A stretch of DNA of 64,000 bases from Nitrospirota bacterium (GTDB lineage Bacteria > Nitrospirota > Thermodesulfovibrionia > Thermodesulfovibrionales > JdFR-85), in contig WGER01000001.1 in NCBI GenBank assembly GCA_015492645.1, forward strand, positions 15,926 through 79,925, written 5' to 3'. How positions within the stretch are numbered: position 1 is the first letter of the stretch; every line of letters begins with the position of its first letter. Shown here one piece after another: positions 29,300 to 38,269 of this stretch. The position numbers and the translations under genes are program-made. The notes under the pieces were generated by a model. That model did no database searches. It saw only the letters and a program-made list of their open reading frames with translations, and had not been told where the DNA came from.

Positions 29300-29802
29300 A
29301 AGGGCTGAGTCTGGTCTTTTTACTTTTATTTGTGAGTTTGAGTAATGGAGCAGTGGCTCCCTGGGAGATTGAAGAGATCATGAACAAACCTGCCCCTCAG
29401 TTTACCCTTTCAGATATGGATGGCAGGGAGATATCGCTTTCGTCCTTTAACGGAAAGGTGATAATTATCAATTTCTGGGCTACCTGGTGCCCTCCCTGCA
29501 AGGCAGAGATGCCCTCACTGGACAGTCTTTACAGAGAGTTCAGGAATTCAGGTCTTGAGGTGATTGCCGTATCAGTCGATCGTTCTAAAGATGACATAAA
29601 AGACTTCCTGAGATCGAGGTCGCTCGAGTTTATCATACTCCATGATAAAGAACTGAGGGTCTCAAGGGACTATAAGGTGTATGCCTATCCGACCAGTTTT
29701 ATTATTGACAGGAAAGGGATTCTCAGGGAGAAGTTTATAGGGGAGGTTGACTGGCTGTCAGAAGAGATGAAGAGGACCGTCAAGGGATACCTCTCTCAAT
29801 GA
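29296..29802 (+). CDS. TlpA-family periplasmic thiol-disulfide oxidoreductase
   Basis: Signal peptide and WATWCPPC motif. Start moved to ATG 29296 (ATGA overlap with the ferredoxin stop). Confidence 0.85.
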   Translation: MKGLSLVFLLLFVSLSNGAVAPWEIEEIMNKPAPQFTLSDMDGREISLSSFNGKVIIINFWATWCPPCKAEMPSLDSLYREFRNSGLEVIAVSVDRSKDDIKDFLRSRSLEFIILHDKELRVSRDYKVYAYPTSFIIDRKGILREKFIGEVDWLSEEMKRTVKGYLSQ

Positions 29803-30335
29803 ATACAGGAAGGATACTACCAAGGATCGTGATCTTCATCGCCGTCCTTGTAACGGGGGTCCTTGTATTGTCGTTTTTTTCCATCAGAAAGGAGCCGATA
29901 AGGGAGGGAGAGGTGGGTGTAGTAGAGAAGCGGGACGGAAGTTTCCGATTCTATCAGCCTGGGGACAGGCCCTTCCTGATACCCTTTCTCCAGAAGTTGA
30001 CAGTGATCTCCACCAGACCGCAGACCGTTATATTTAAGGAGGAAGAGGGTTTTAAAATAAAAAGGCCCGAAGGAGAGATGCAGATTGATGTGAGGGTCGT
30101 CTATTTTATCAAAGACCTCGAAAGTGCTCTCACCTCCTTTGGCGTGATGGAACCCCATAGAGAGATCAGGGAACTGCTCAGGAAGACCTTGACTGAACTG
30201 CTGAATGAGAGATTCTCTGAGGAGGCATACGAAGGGCGGAAGAGGCACCTTTTAATTGCAGAGTTACATCTGACCCTGAATGAGATATTCAGTAACAAAG
30301 GAGTGGCGATAACCAGTTTTGAGGTGAGGTTCTGA
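29799..30335 (+). CDS. membrane-anchored SPFH/band-7-like protein (tentative)
   Basis: N-terminal TM, then I.EGE.GVV.. and a beta/alpha pattern reminiscent of the SPFH fold. Weak call. Confidence 0.35.
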   Translation: MNTGRILPRIVIFIAVLVTGVLVLSFFSIRKEPIREGEVGVVEKRDGSFRFYQPGDRPFLIPFLQKLTVISTRPQTVIFKEEEGFKIKRPEGEMQIDVRVVYFIKDLESALTSFGVMEPHREIRELLRKTLTELLNERFSEEAYEGRKRHLLIAELHLTLNEIFSNKGVAITSFEVRF

Positions 30336-30337
30336 AG

Positions 30338-31297
30338 ATGGTGAGGTTATTGTTCTCTGCGCTGATAATTGTCTTTGCTGTCCTTGGCTGTTCAAGGGAG
30401 GAATCTGTAAGGGAGTACAGGCCACCGGAGTTCAAGGGGAGGGCCTATGTGCTGCCAGAAGGTGCTGACCATATTGCTGTTGTCTCGCTCAAGGATGGTA
30501 GCCTTAATTCAATAAAGATCTCCTCTCCTGCAAACCAGGTAATCAAGACAGACGAGGGTACATTATATATCCTCGGTAAGGACGGCATTCTCAGTGTCTT
30601 TGATATAAACAACCACAGGATGGTAAAGACCTACAGGGTTGGAGTAAACCTGTGTGGCGGGGCATTAGATGACAGGGGCAGGGTGTGGGTAACGGATGTG
30701 GGAACACAGCGGCTCCTGTTGTTTGATCCTTCACAGCAGAAGGTGCTTGATGGAGTGGAGATTCCAGAGGGGCTCTGCGGGGTTATTTTTGACAGGAACA
30801 GGGGAAGCCTCTACCTGATTGACAGGAGGCAATCCGCTCTACTTGTTTTTGATCTGAAGTCCAAGAAGGTTGTTGACAGGATTCCCTCTATTGGAAACTC
30901 TGTCCACCTGGGAGCACTTTCTCCTGCCGGGGACAGCCTCTGGATTGCCGAAGGTAATGAATACAGGGATGGCAGGCCCTACGGGGTGGGTTTTGCCAGG
31001 ACAGAGGCTATGCCAGGTGGTATAAATATAGTGGACCTTAAACTGAAACAGATGGTTGATTTCATATTGGTGGGTGGTAACACAGTGGACATAGGGTTCT
31101 CACCAGACGGTGGGCTTGCCTATGCCGTCTCCAGCCAGATGGCAGAATACGATGATGCTTCTCTTGCTGTAATAGATGTCAGGACCAGAAGGGTTATAAA
31201 GACTTACTCACTCTGTAAGCCCTGTCATGTAAAGACATCTCCAGGTGTCAAACTTGAGAGGGCGTTCGTAAGGTCTGTAGCCCTCGAATTGGAGTGA
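30338..31297 (+). CDS. YVTN-type beta-propeller lipoprotein with C-terminal CxxCH motif (paralogue of 39855-40919)
   Basis: Lipobox VLGC. Repeated ...G..YV.D blades. The C-terminal half aligns with 39855-40919, including EGNE..G.PYGVG and YS.CK.CH. Confidence 0.7.
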   Translation: MVRLLFSALIIVFAVLGCSREESVREYRPPEFKGRAYVLPEGADHIAVVSLKDGSLNSIKISSPANQVIKTDEGTLYILGKDGILSVFDINNHRMVKTYRVGVNLCGGALDDRGRVWVTDVGTQRLLLFDPSQQKVLDGVEIPEGLCGVIFDRNRGSLYLIDRRQSALLVFDLKSKKVVDRIPSIGNSVHLGALSPAGDSLWIAEGNEYRDGRPYGVGFARTEAMPGGINIVDLKLKQMVDFILVGGNTVDIGFSPDGGLAYAVSSQMAEYDDASLAVIDVRTRRVIKTYSLCKPCHVKTSPGVKLERAFVRSVALELE

Positions 31298-31300
31298 TTC

Positions 31301-32998
31301 CTATCTCTCCCCCTGCCTGATAGCAAGGTAAGGCTCCATCCTGGAGGCCCGGAGGGCAGGATAAAACCCTGAGACAAGACCCACTAACAGGGATATAAGC
31401 ACTGTCGATAGGGCCACCACCATCACCACTGAAGGCGGTGGCCATATATAAAGGAGATTCAGGGCACTCATTATCCTGTTCTTAAATACCAGTAATAATA
31501 CAGTTCCCCAGAGGATTCCAATAATTCCGCCTATGGTGGTAAGGACAATTGCTTCACCAAGGACCATCCTGAACACATGGACCCTTCTGGCCCCTACCGC
31601 TCTGAGGAGTCCTATCTCTCTCAGTCTTTCAGTAACGCTCATACTGAAGACGACTGCAAGTATAAGGGTCCCCATTCCGAGTAAGAGGAGTATCGGTAGA
31701 AAGAGGCTCTTTATCATGGAGATAAGGTGTCTCTTCACCGTTATAGTGGATTCCTTCACCTTGACCACATCCACCTCCGGAAAGGCATCCTTTATCCTCC
31801 TGACAAAGGCATCCACATCCACCCCATCCTTTGTCTTGATAAAGATTGCAGATATCCCCTCAGGGTCTATCTCCTCTGGAGAGGGGATATTTTCAGGGCC
31901 AAAAAGGTGAGTAAAGGAGTCATCCCTGATCTGTTTCCTCTTTTCCACCTCTCCCGCCTCTACCCTGGACTTCACATCTCTCAGTGCGATTCTTATACCG
32001 GTGTAGGGCACAAAGATGGAGTTATCGAAGTAGCCGACCCCTGTAGGGTCAAGACTGGCCACCACATTGAAACTCCTTCCAAAGAGATCTATCTTCTGTC
32101 CAGGATAGAACTTCACTCCTCTGCCCACAACAAGGTCATATGGCCCCTGCCTTCTCTTCAGTTTATAGTTTATCCATGGGGCCACTGTAAAGTCGGTTTC
32201 AGGATCATAGGCTATTATCAGTACATTCTCCACTATACAACACACCAGATAGGAAAAGGGCTGGACAAATAACTGGGAGGTGATCCTGTCCACCTCAGGA
32301 AACCTGCTCAAGCCATCGAATATCCCCTTTTTCAGATAAAATGTGGTTGGACCCCCGCTCAGAAGGACGGTCTTTGCCTCCACCTGTCTGCCCTTGGGTA
32401 CAACCATGAGGTCTGCACCCAGCCTGCCCGCCCCTATCTCAAGGGCATTCTCAACACTCTCCGTCAGAAGCATGTCCATGAAGAGTGCACCAAGGACTAT
32501 AACCAGACTGAGAACTACAGTGGTGGTCCTGAATCTCCGCATCCCGAGATTCGCCTTTATCAGTAAGGGGAGGGTGATCCTCCTTGCCTGTCTCCTTCTG
32601 AACAGGTAGTGGGCCAGGAATACAAAGAGGACAAGAAGTGCCAGTATCAGGAGGGACTCCCTGAGGTGAGTATGTGCCCTTATAGAGTTGGTCTGAGCAA
32701 GGATAACAATCGGTTCCTCCGTGCCCAGATAGAAACTCACAGGCCTCAATGCCAGGGCCTGGATGACGGTAAGCAGGGAAAGGGGAATGAGCAAAAGAAT
32801 GATTCCCCTCTTTTTCAGGTACAATAACCCCACAATTCCGATTGCCACTCCAAGGTATATCTCTGGATGGTACCATACAGAACATTCTGTAAGAAGAAGC
32901 GCCCCTGTTCCACCTTTAAACAATCCAAGGGGCAGGAGAAAGTGGGGCAGGATTATGTAAAGTGTCCCTATGACCAGCAGTACAAGGCTTATAAGCAT
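31301..32998 (-). CDS. MacB/FtsX-family ABC permease with ~140 aa N-terminal 4-TM extension
   Basis: The FtsX C-terminal 3-TM bundle and periplasmic domain (RLGADLMVVPKG...DPETDF) are paralogous to 38266-39477. An extra N-terminal hydrophobic region is present. Start at 32998 or 33001. Confidence 0.8.
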   Translation of the reverse strand: MLISLVLLVIGTLYIILPHFLLPLGLFKGGTGALLLTECSVWYHPEIYLGVAIGIVGLLYLKKRGIILLLIPLSLLTVIQALALRPVSFYLGTEEPIVILAQTNSIRAHTHLRESLLILALLVLFVFLAHYLFRRRQARRITLPLLIKANLGMRRFRTTTVVLSLVIVLGALFMDMLLTESVENALEIGAGRLGADLMVVPKGRQVEAKTVLLSGGPTTFYLKKGIFDGLSRFPEVDRITSQLFVQPFSYLVCCIVENVLIIAYDPETDFTVAPWINYKLKRRQGPYDLVVGRGVKFYPGQKIDLFGRSFNVVASLDPTGVGYFDNSIFVPYTGIRIALRDVKSRVEAGEVEKRKQIRDDSFTHLFGPENIPSPEEIDPEGISAIFIKTKDGVDVDAFVRRIKDAFPEVDVVKVKESTITVKRHLISMIKSLFLPILLLLGMGTLILAVVFSMSVTERLREIGLLRAVGARRVHVFRMVLGEAIVLTTIGGIIGILWGTVLLLVFKNRIMSALNLLYIWPPPSVVMVVALSTVLISLLVGLVSGFYPALRASRMEPYLAIRQGER

Positions 32999-33005
32999 CA
33001 TTTTT

Positions 33006-33014
33006 ATTATAACA
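33006..33014 (-). promoter_or_regulatory. extended -10 box TGTTATAAT (minus strand), 4/7 nt upstream of the tandem ATGs at 33001/32998
   Basis: The minus strand reads TGTTATAAT-AAAA-ATGATG. Suggests an internal promoter for the distal permease. Confidence 0.4.
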
Positions 33015-33066
33015 TATAACCAGCATTAGAGACTCCAATCAGTTTTTTCGGCTGGATTTGTCAGGC

Positions 33067-33142
33067 GGGCAGTGCTGGTTCGGACACAAAGAGACAAAAG
33101 ACGATAGGCAATGAGACGATAGGCAATGGCAGCACTGCACCC
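33067..33142. repeat. tandem 14-nt direct repeat (GACGATAGGCAATG x2, 33100-33113 and 33115-33128) enclosed by a 9-bp inverted repeat (GCAGTGCTG 33069-33077 / CAGCACTGC 33130-33138)
   Basis: Read directly in the 156-nt gap between two minus-strand genes. Confidence 0.6.
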
Positions 33143-33157
33143 TTATTTGATCTAACA

Positions 33158-34156
33158 CTATCCTTCAAGGACAAAGGAGGAAAAGAGCATGGGATAGACT
33201 GAGATGGCCGTAAATACCATCACCGAGATACCGCCAGCAGTTGTCCAGAGCCTCTGCCACCTCCTCAGTGGTAGTTCACTTCTGCCCTTAAAGAACTCTG
33301 ATAGGGATGGGAAGAGCCCAAAAAGGGTCCCCAGAAGAAGACTGATGTAGAGGGGATACCCGACATACCCATAGAGGCCCTGCAGGAGATCAAAGGGGCA
33401 GTGGTGGGTGGGTAGTTCATAGAAGTAGGGGGATATAAAACTGATTATTGATGCTATGCTGACTGGCAGAAAGACCAGTGCCAGTCCCCCCAGCAGATAC
33501 TTTAAGAAGTCCATCTGAAAAACAATGAAGCACAGGGCCACTATGAGGTAAAGGAATACCACAGTAAAGAAGAGATACTCCATCGGTCTGACAGGTGCTC
33601 CAGCAATTGAACTGGCAATTCCACCGGAGTTCTCACTGAAGAGGGCACCACAGCATGAGGTGATGATATTTGGTCTCAGCCCTAAGAAGAATCTCAACTG
33701 AAGGAGTGCCTCTGTTACAAACAGCGGGGTCATGACCAGCAGCAGGGCGTATCTCTTCTTCACAAATGGGACATCCTCTGTCCTCTGGTCCAGGTAATTA
33801 AGGAATATCCAGACTGCTGAGAAAAGGAAGAGGACCAATTTCATGCCAAGGACCCACCACCCAATGGGATTGGCATTGAGTGTGCCTGTGGCACACATGG
33901 CACCCACAAACTGGGTATGAAGATCATCTGCTGTGTATATAAAGAGAAACAGCCCCAGGAGGTTTACCCCGAGGACGAATGAGAGGATAGAGGAGAGCAG
34001 ATAGGTCCTTCTTTCGAGGCTTAATTGGAGGGCTGAACTGCTCTTACTATCCCAGTACCGTATTATCCTCAACCCTGCAAAGGCGCTATAAAGCATCATC
34101 ATATTTACTATTGCAGAACTGCCCAGCAGTGCCACTATCCCTGGATGCAGTATCAC
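33158..34156 (-). CDS. hypothetical polytopic membrane protein (~8-9 TM) with conserved-looking Cys/His motifs
   Basis: 332 aa and highly hydrophobic. Motifs MCATG, SCCGA and THHCPF. Overlaps the stop of the upstream ABC ATPase by 4 nt. Confidence 0.6.
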   Translation of the reverse strand: MILHPGIVALLGSSAIVNMMMLYSAFAGLRIIRYWDSKSSSALQLSLERRTYLLSSILSFVLGVNLLGLFLFIYTADDLHTQFVGAMCATGTLNANPIGWWVLGMKLVLFLFSAVWIFLNYLDQRTEDVPFVKKRYALLLVMTPLFVTEALLQLRFFLGLRPNIITSCCGALFSENSGGIASSIAGAPVRPMEYLFFTVVFLYLIVALCFIVFQMDFLKYLLGGLALVFLPVSIASIISFISPYFYELPTHHCPFDLLQGLYGYVGYPLYISLLLGTLFGLFPSLSEFFKGRSELPLRRWQRLWTTAGGISVMVFTAISVYPMLFSSFVLEG

Positions 34157-34836
34157 TGCCCTTCCTCAAGGATTATACCATCACGCATATGGATCACCCT
34201 GTCAACCAGAGACGATTCGTACACCAGGGGATCATGGGTGGCTATTACCACTGTCTTTCCTGCCCCCTTTATTTCTGAGATCATCCTCAGAAATTCCTCG
34301 GAGAGGTGGGTGTCCAGATGGGCTGTGGGTTCATCCGCAAGGACAATCTCAGGATCATTCACCAGTGCCCTCGCAATCGCCACCCTCTGCTGTTCACCCC
34401 CTGAGAGTTGCTCTACCCTGAAATTGGCCCTATGCGATATCTGTAGGAGGTCCATGACCTCCTCTGTCCTCCTTTTTATCTCTCCCAGTGATACCCCGGC
34501 AGGATAAAGTGGCAGCATTATATTCTCCTTCACCGTTATTCCTCTCAACAGATTGAACTGCTGGAAGATGAATCCACATCTCTGGCGTCTTATCTCCGTG
34601 AGAAACCTCTCGGGCAGTTTTGCAACATCTCTGCCATTGACCAGCACCCTGCCTGATGTGGGTCGACTCATACATCCGATAATGCTCAACAGAGAGGTCT
34701 TTCCTGATCCACTTGGCCCTTTCAGGATAACCACCTCATTTTTACCTATCCTGAGGGAGACACCCTTTACCGCGTGGACTTCATTCGGCTGACCCGGGTT
34801 GTATATCTTTGTTACATCCTCTAAGACGATGGCCAT
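34153..34836 (-). CDS. ABC transporter ATP-binding protein (MacB/LolD-type)
   Basis: Walker A GPSGSGKTS, signature LSGGEQQR and Walker B ILADEP. Confidence 0.9.
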   Translation of the reverse strand: MAIVLEDVTKIYNPGQPNEVHAVKGVSLRIGKNEVVILKGPSGSGKTSLLSIIGCMSRPTSGRVLVNGRDVAKLPERFLTEIRRQRCGFIFQQFNLLRGITVKENIMLPLYPAGVSLGEIKRRTEEVMDLLQISHRANFRVEQLSGGEQQRVAIARALVNDPEIVLADEPTAHLDTHLSEEFLRMISEIKGAGKTVVIATHDPLVYESSLVDRVIHMRDGIILEEGQ

Positions 34837-34837
34837 C

Positions 34838-35986
34838 TCAGGACCTTATCACCTCCTCAGGGTCTGTCATGGCAGCCTTCCAGGATGGTGCTATAGTGGC
34901 AGCCATATAGGGGACAACAGTGAGAAACAAGAGGACCATTAATTGGTATACCTCAATTACAGGCCTCAGTTTCAATGATGGAAAGAGCACCGACCATCCC
35001 TTAAGGGCTGACTCCAGCAGGGGGGCACCCAGCATGAACACATGGACAAAACCTGTTATGGTGCCAGTAAGGTAGGCCAGGGAAGAAAGGACAAGCCCTT
35101 CCCAGAACTTCATCTCCATTATATCAGAGGAGTCCCATCCTATCGCCTTCAGAACCCCTATCTCCCTTCTCTCCTCTGCAGAAAGTCCCGTTGCCTTGTC
35201 CCATGCAAAGATGAAGAAGGCGAGCAGTGCTCCTATGAACATACTCAGGACCATACCACTACGCCAGTCAAAAAGCGATTCATATGTCCTGAGGATCTCT
35301 GTACGTGTGATGGGCCTTGAAGAGGGTATCTTCTCCTTTATCTTCTTTGCTATGGTATCTATCTCAGAGGGATTTGCAACCCTCACCACAAGATCAACCG
35401 CATATCCCTCAGGAATCTGGAAGAACCTCTTTATCGTTTCCTCTTTGAGGACCACAAGGTCATTGGTGAGAATGGATGAGGATGTACTGAAGACTCCTGC
35501 CACCCTGAAGGGTCTTGCAATCCCCTCTGGGTCCACCATTACGAGACTGTCTCCTGTCCTGAGTAAGCCCGTTTCAGAGACACCACTTCCGATGAGACAG
35601 TCTTCAGGATCAAGATCTTCTCTACCCTTCAGAGGGAATTCGGAAGACCTTACCCCAAGGACTGTGAAGTTGGCTCCGGTGAAGGGGTCGTAATAGTATC
35701 CCCAGTATCTGGGGCTGGCATCAATAACCCCTGGAATAGAGACGATAGTATCCACCCAGTCAACTGGCACTAAGGCATGTCTGCCTGCCATGAGCCTCTG
35801 GACTGTTATCTCCGGGGATGACTGTAGCAGTAGTTCTGCCTCCCTTTTAAGGGCATGGGTCAAAAAGAGGATGGAGGAGATTATAAAGATGAGAAGAGAG
35901 TAGGCGACCAGAAGGGCCAGGTTCTTGTAACGTCTCCTGCAGAGCCCGGAGAGTGCAAACTCCAGTATAAACAGGTGACGTCTCAT
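34838..35986 (-). CDS. FtsX-family ABC transporter permease
   Basis: 4 TM with a large periplasmic loop and a C-terminal FtsX bundle. Start moved to ATG 35986 (ATGA overlap with the upstream small ORF). Confidence 0.8.
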   Translation of the reverse strand: MRRHLFILEFALSGLCRRRYKNLALLVAYSLLIFIISSILFLTHALKREAELLLQSSPEITVQRLMAGRHALVPVDWVDTIVSIPGVIDASPRYWGYYYDPFTGANFTVLGVRSSEFPLKGREDLDPEDCLIGSGVSETGLLRTGDSLVMVDPEGIARPFRVAGVFSTSSSILTNDLVVLKEETIKRFFQIPEGYAVDLVVRVANPSEIDTIAKKIKEKIPSSRPITRTEILRTYESLFDWRSGMVLSMFIGALLAFFIFAWDKATGLSAEERREIGVLKAIGWDSSDIMEMKFWEGLVLSSLAYLTGTITGFVHVFMLGAPLLESALKGWSVLFPSLKLRPVIEVYQLMVLLFLTVVPYMAATIAPSWKAAMTDPEEVIRS

Positions 35987-36285
35987 GGTATCTCCTCGGG
36001 TCTCCTTAGATGGGGAGGTACAGAGACTATAGAGCCTGATGGAAAGTGCTCCAGACAGCCTGGACAGTCTTGGAAGGCACTGAAAAGATCTGTCTGTGAT
36101 GGGTGTCGTGTGTACCTCGCCTCTGTCCATATTGAAAGGTCAGTGAGCATCAGGGAGGTCACCAGATCCTTCAATCCCGTAAGACGGACGAACTCCGTTT
36201 GTCCCCTGTAATGACCCCACAACAGGAGTCCCAGCAGTATCAGGCTCTCCGTAATGAGTAATATCAGAAATCTCCTGTATTTCAT
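35983..36285 (-). CDS. hypothetical small membrane-anchored protein
   Basis: 100 aa with an N-terminal TM. Translationally coupled (ATGA) to the downstream permease. AGAGGAAA RBS. Confidence 0.45.
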   Translation of the reverse strand: MKYRRFLILLITESLILLGLLLWGHYRGQTEFVRLTGLKDLVTSLMLTDLSIWTEARYTRHPSQTDLFSAFQDCPGCLEHFPSGSIVSVPPHLRRPEEIP

Positions 36286-36307
36286 TTATTTCCTCTGGGG
36301 TATATAT

Positions 36308-36329
36308 CGGGGCAGGCAGACCTGCCCCG
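36308..36329 (-). terminator. GC-rich hairpin between nosL-like gene and the next ABC module (terminator/attenuator or processing site)
   Basis: CGGGGCAGG-CAGA-CCTGCCCCG (9 bp), 6 nt after the NosL stop. No clear U-tract. Confidence 0.4.
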
Positions 36330-36334
36330 ACAGT

Positions 36335-36841
36335 TTACATCCCCTTCATCCCTTTCATCTTGTGGTGCTTCATCACCGGCAGGTCCGCCGGGGTCACCTC
36401 AGAGAACCTGATCATCTTTCTGCCCTTGTGGTCCTTCATGAAGGTCTCGGCATTTGCCTTCCCCTTAACAGGGATCAGTTCTGCACCCATCGGGCCCATC
36501 ACATCGCTGCCAACAATGAAGTACAGGTCCTCCTCATCAGCCCTTATTAACTTCGTGGTGTAGTACTCTGTCACATACAGTGCCTTTATCTGGGATTTGT
36601 CCTTACCGTATTTAGAGAGGTTGAAGTAGTACCTGAACATGTCCTTTGGTCCGTCAAAGAAGGCGTAACTGCCATCTGTGAACTCGATCTCTGCCACCCA
36701 GTTGGGGTATGGCTTGACCGCCATACCACAGACAGGACATTTGTCTTTATCACCTGGATGCTTTGGTCCCTCTGCAAGCCCATAACCAGCAGAGGTCATT
36801 ATTAAGAAACAAATAGACAGAACACACAGGACCTTCTTCAT
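36335..36841 (-). CDS. nosL: NosL-family copper chaperone-like lipoprotein/periplasmic protein
   Basis: Signal peptide, CPVCGM motif and a His/Met-rich tail (HHKMKGMKGM). Confidence 0.8.
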   Translation of the reverse strand: MKKVLCVLSICFLIMTSAGYGLAEGPKHPGDKDKCPVCGMAVKPYPNWVAEIEFTDGSYAFFDGPKDMFRYYFNLSKYGKDKSQIKALYVTEYYTTKLIRADEEDLYFIVGSDVMGPMGAELIPVKGKANAETFMKDHKGRKMIRFSEVTPADLPVMKHHKMKGMKGM

Positions 36842-36895
36842 AACAGACCTCCTTTTCAGTAAAGATTTCTGGATCGGATATGAAATGTCTGTGGG

Positions 36896-37186
36896 TTATG
36901 CCTCTGGTGGTTTAAAGACCTTTGAGGGGATCAACAGTTTATAAAGTGAGTCAGCGGAATACTGGAGAACCTCGCTGATATCATAAGAGAATGCTATCTC
37001 CGTCTGGGGTTCAAAAATCGTGCTTGAGAGGTCTGCAATGAGCCCTCTCGTCTTCTTTGAACATGTATCCAGAGAAAGGGCAACCTTCTGGCCTTTTCCA
37101 TTTATAGAATAGACCGGGGTAAGGACAGCAAAGAATATACTGGCAACAAAGATAAAAAGAATACATACGAGTAAAGGTTTTCTCAT
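36896..37186 (-). CDS. hypothetical small exported/membrane-anchored protein
   Basis: 96 aa with an N-terminal hydrophobic helix. ATGA overlap with the upstream PCuAC-like gene. Confidence 0.4.
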   Translation of the reverse strand: MRKPLLVCILFIFVASIFFAVLTPVYSINGKGQKVALSLDTCSKKTRGLIADLSSTIFEPQTEIAFSYDISEVLQYSADSLYKLLIPSKVFKPPEA

Positions 37187-37599
37187 AGTCTCTTCACCCC
37201 TGCGGTTATCTCAATCTCACCGCTTCTTTGAAACTGAAGTACAATGGTTACCTTCTCAGGCAGGTCATCAGGCAGTCCAAAGAGCATCAGGTGTTTGCTG
37301 CCCGGTTTTAGTTCCAGTTCAGAGTTAGACCTTATCACCATTTTCTGAACCTTTTTCATTCTTCCACCCTGGATATCATGGAGTTCACAGACGACACCAG
37401 GGTATCCCTTGAGGCCACATCCCACAAGTATATCCTCTCCACTGCCATCGTTCAGGATAAGCATAAATACCGAACCAACAGACCTCTTTGTGGAGACCAG
37501 TTGAGGCCATTTTATCGAAAGGAGGGGCTCCCCCTTTTCGCAGGCCAACAGCATCAGGGGCAGAATTAACCAGGTGATCATCTTTTTAACCGTTTTCAA
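37183..37599 (-). CDS. PCu(A)C-like (DUF461) periplasmic copper chaperone lipoprotein
   Basis: Lipobox LLAC. ELH...M...M...PGSKHLML pattern (H/M ... HxM) typical of PCuAC. Confidence 0.6.
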   Translation of the reverse strand: MKTVKKMITWLILPLMLLACEKGEPLLSIKWPQLVSTKRSVGSVFMLILNDGSGEDILVGCGLKGYPGVVCELHDIQGGRMKKVQKMVIRSNSELELKPGSKHLMLFGLPDDLPEKVTIVLQFQRSGEIEITAGVKRL

Positions 37600-38269
37600 T
37601 CTGAAGCCTCCCGCGAGCCATCCTGTACACCCTATTGGTCAGTTTTGCCAGGGCCGAGTTGTGAGTGACCATAATGAACGTTATCTGATTCTCACGATTC
37701 ATCTTCTGGAAAAACTCCATCACCTCAGCCTCTGTCTCCTCATCAAGGTCACCTGTGGGTTCATCAGCCAGGATTATCTGTGGTCTGTTTATAAAGGCCC
37801 TTGCAATGGCAACCCTCCTCTGCTGTCCACCACTCAACTGCGCTGGATAGGAGTTTACCTTGTCGTCTATCTTTAGCATCTTCAACAGTTCAATCGCATA
37901 CTCATAGGGATCTGTCTTTTCCCTGCTGAAGGCTGTGGGCAGGAGGACATTCTCAATCACGTTCAGGGTGGGCACCAGACTGGCAAACTGGTATATAAAA
38001 TTTATCTTTCTGTTTCTCAACTCACTCAGTTCATCGTCACTTATTGCCCAGATATCCGTACCATCAATGATGACAGTGCCAGAGTCGGGCTTGGTGAGAC
38101 CACCTATAAGGCTCAAGAGCGTGGTCTTACCACTGCCAGAATGGCCGAGTATAGACAGAAAATCCCCCCTCTGGACGGTGAATGAGACATTGTCCACCGC
38201 CTTGATTACATCTGACCCCACCCTGTATGTCTTCGTGAGGTCTTTCACTTCAATTATCGCATCCATCAT
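37586..38269 (-). CDS. ABC transporter ATP-binding protein (MacB/LolD-type)
   Basis: Walker A GHSGSGKTT, signature LSGGQQRR and Walker B ILADEP. Confidence 0.9.
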   Translation of the reverse strand: MMDAIIEVKDLTKTYRVGSDVIKAVDNVSFTVQRGDFLSILGHSGSGKTTLLSLIGGLTKPDSGTVIIDGTDIWAISDDELSELRNRKINFIYQFASLVPTLNVIENVLLPTAFSREKTDPYEYAIELLKMLKIDDKVNSYPAQLSGGQQRRVAIARAFINRPQIILADEPTGDLDEETEAEVMEFFQKMNRENQITFIMVTHNSALAKLTNRVYRMARGRLQIENG

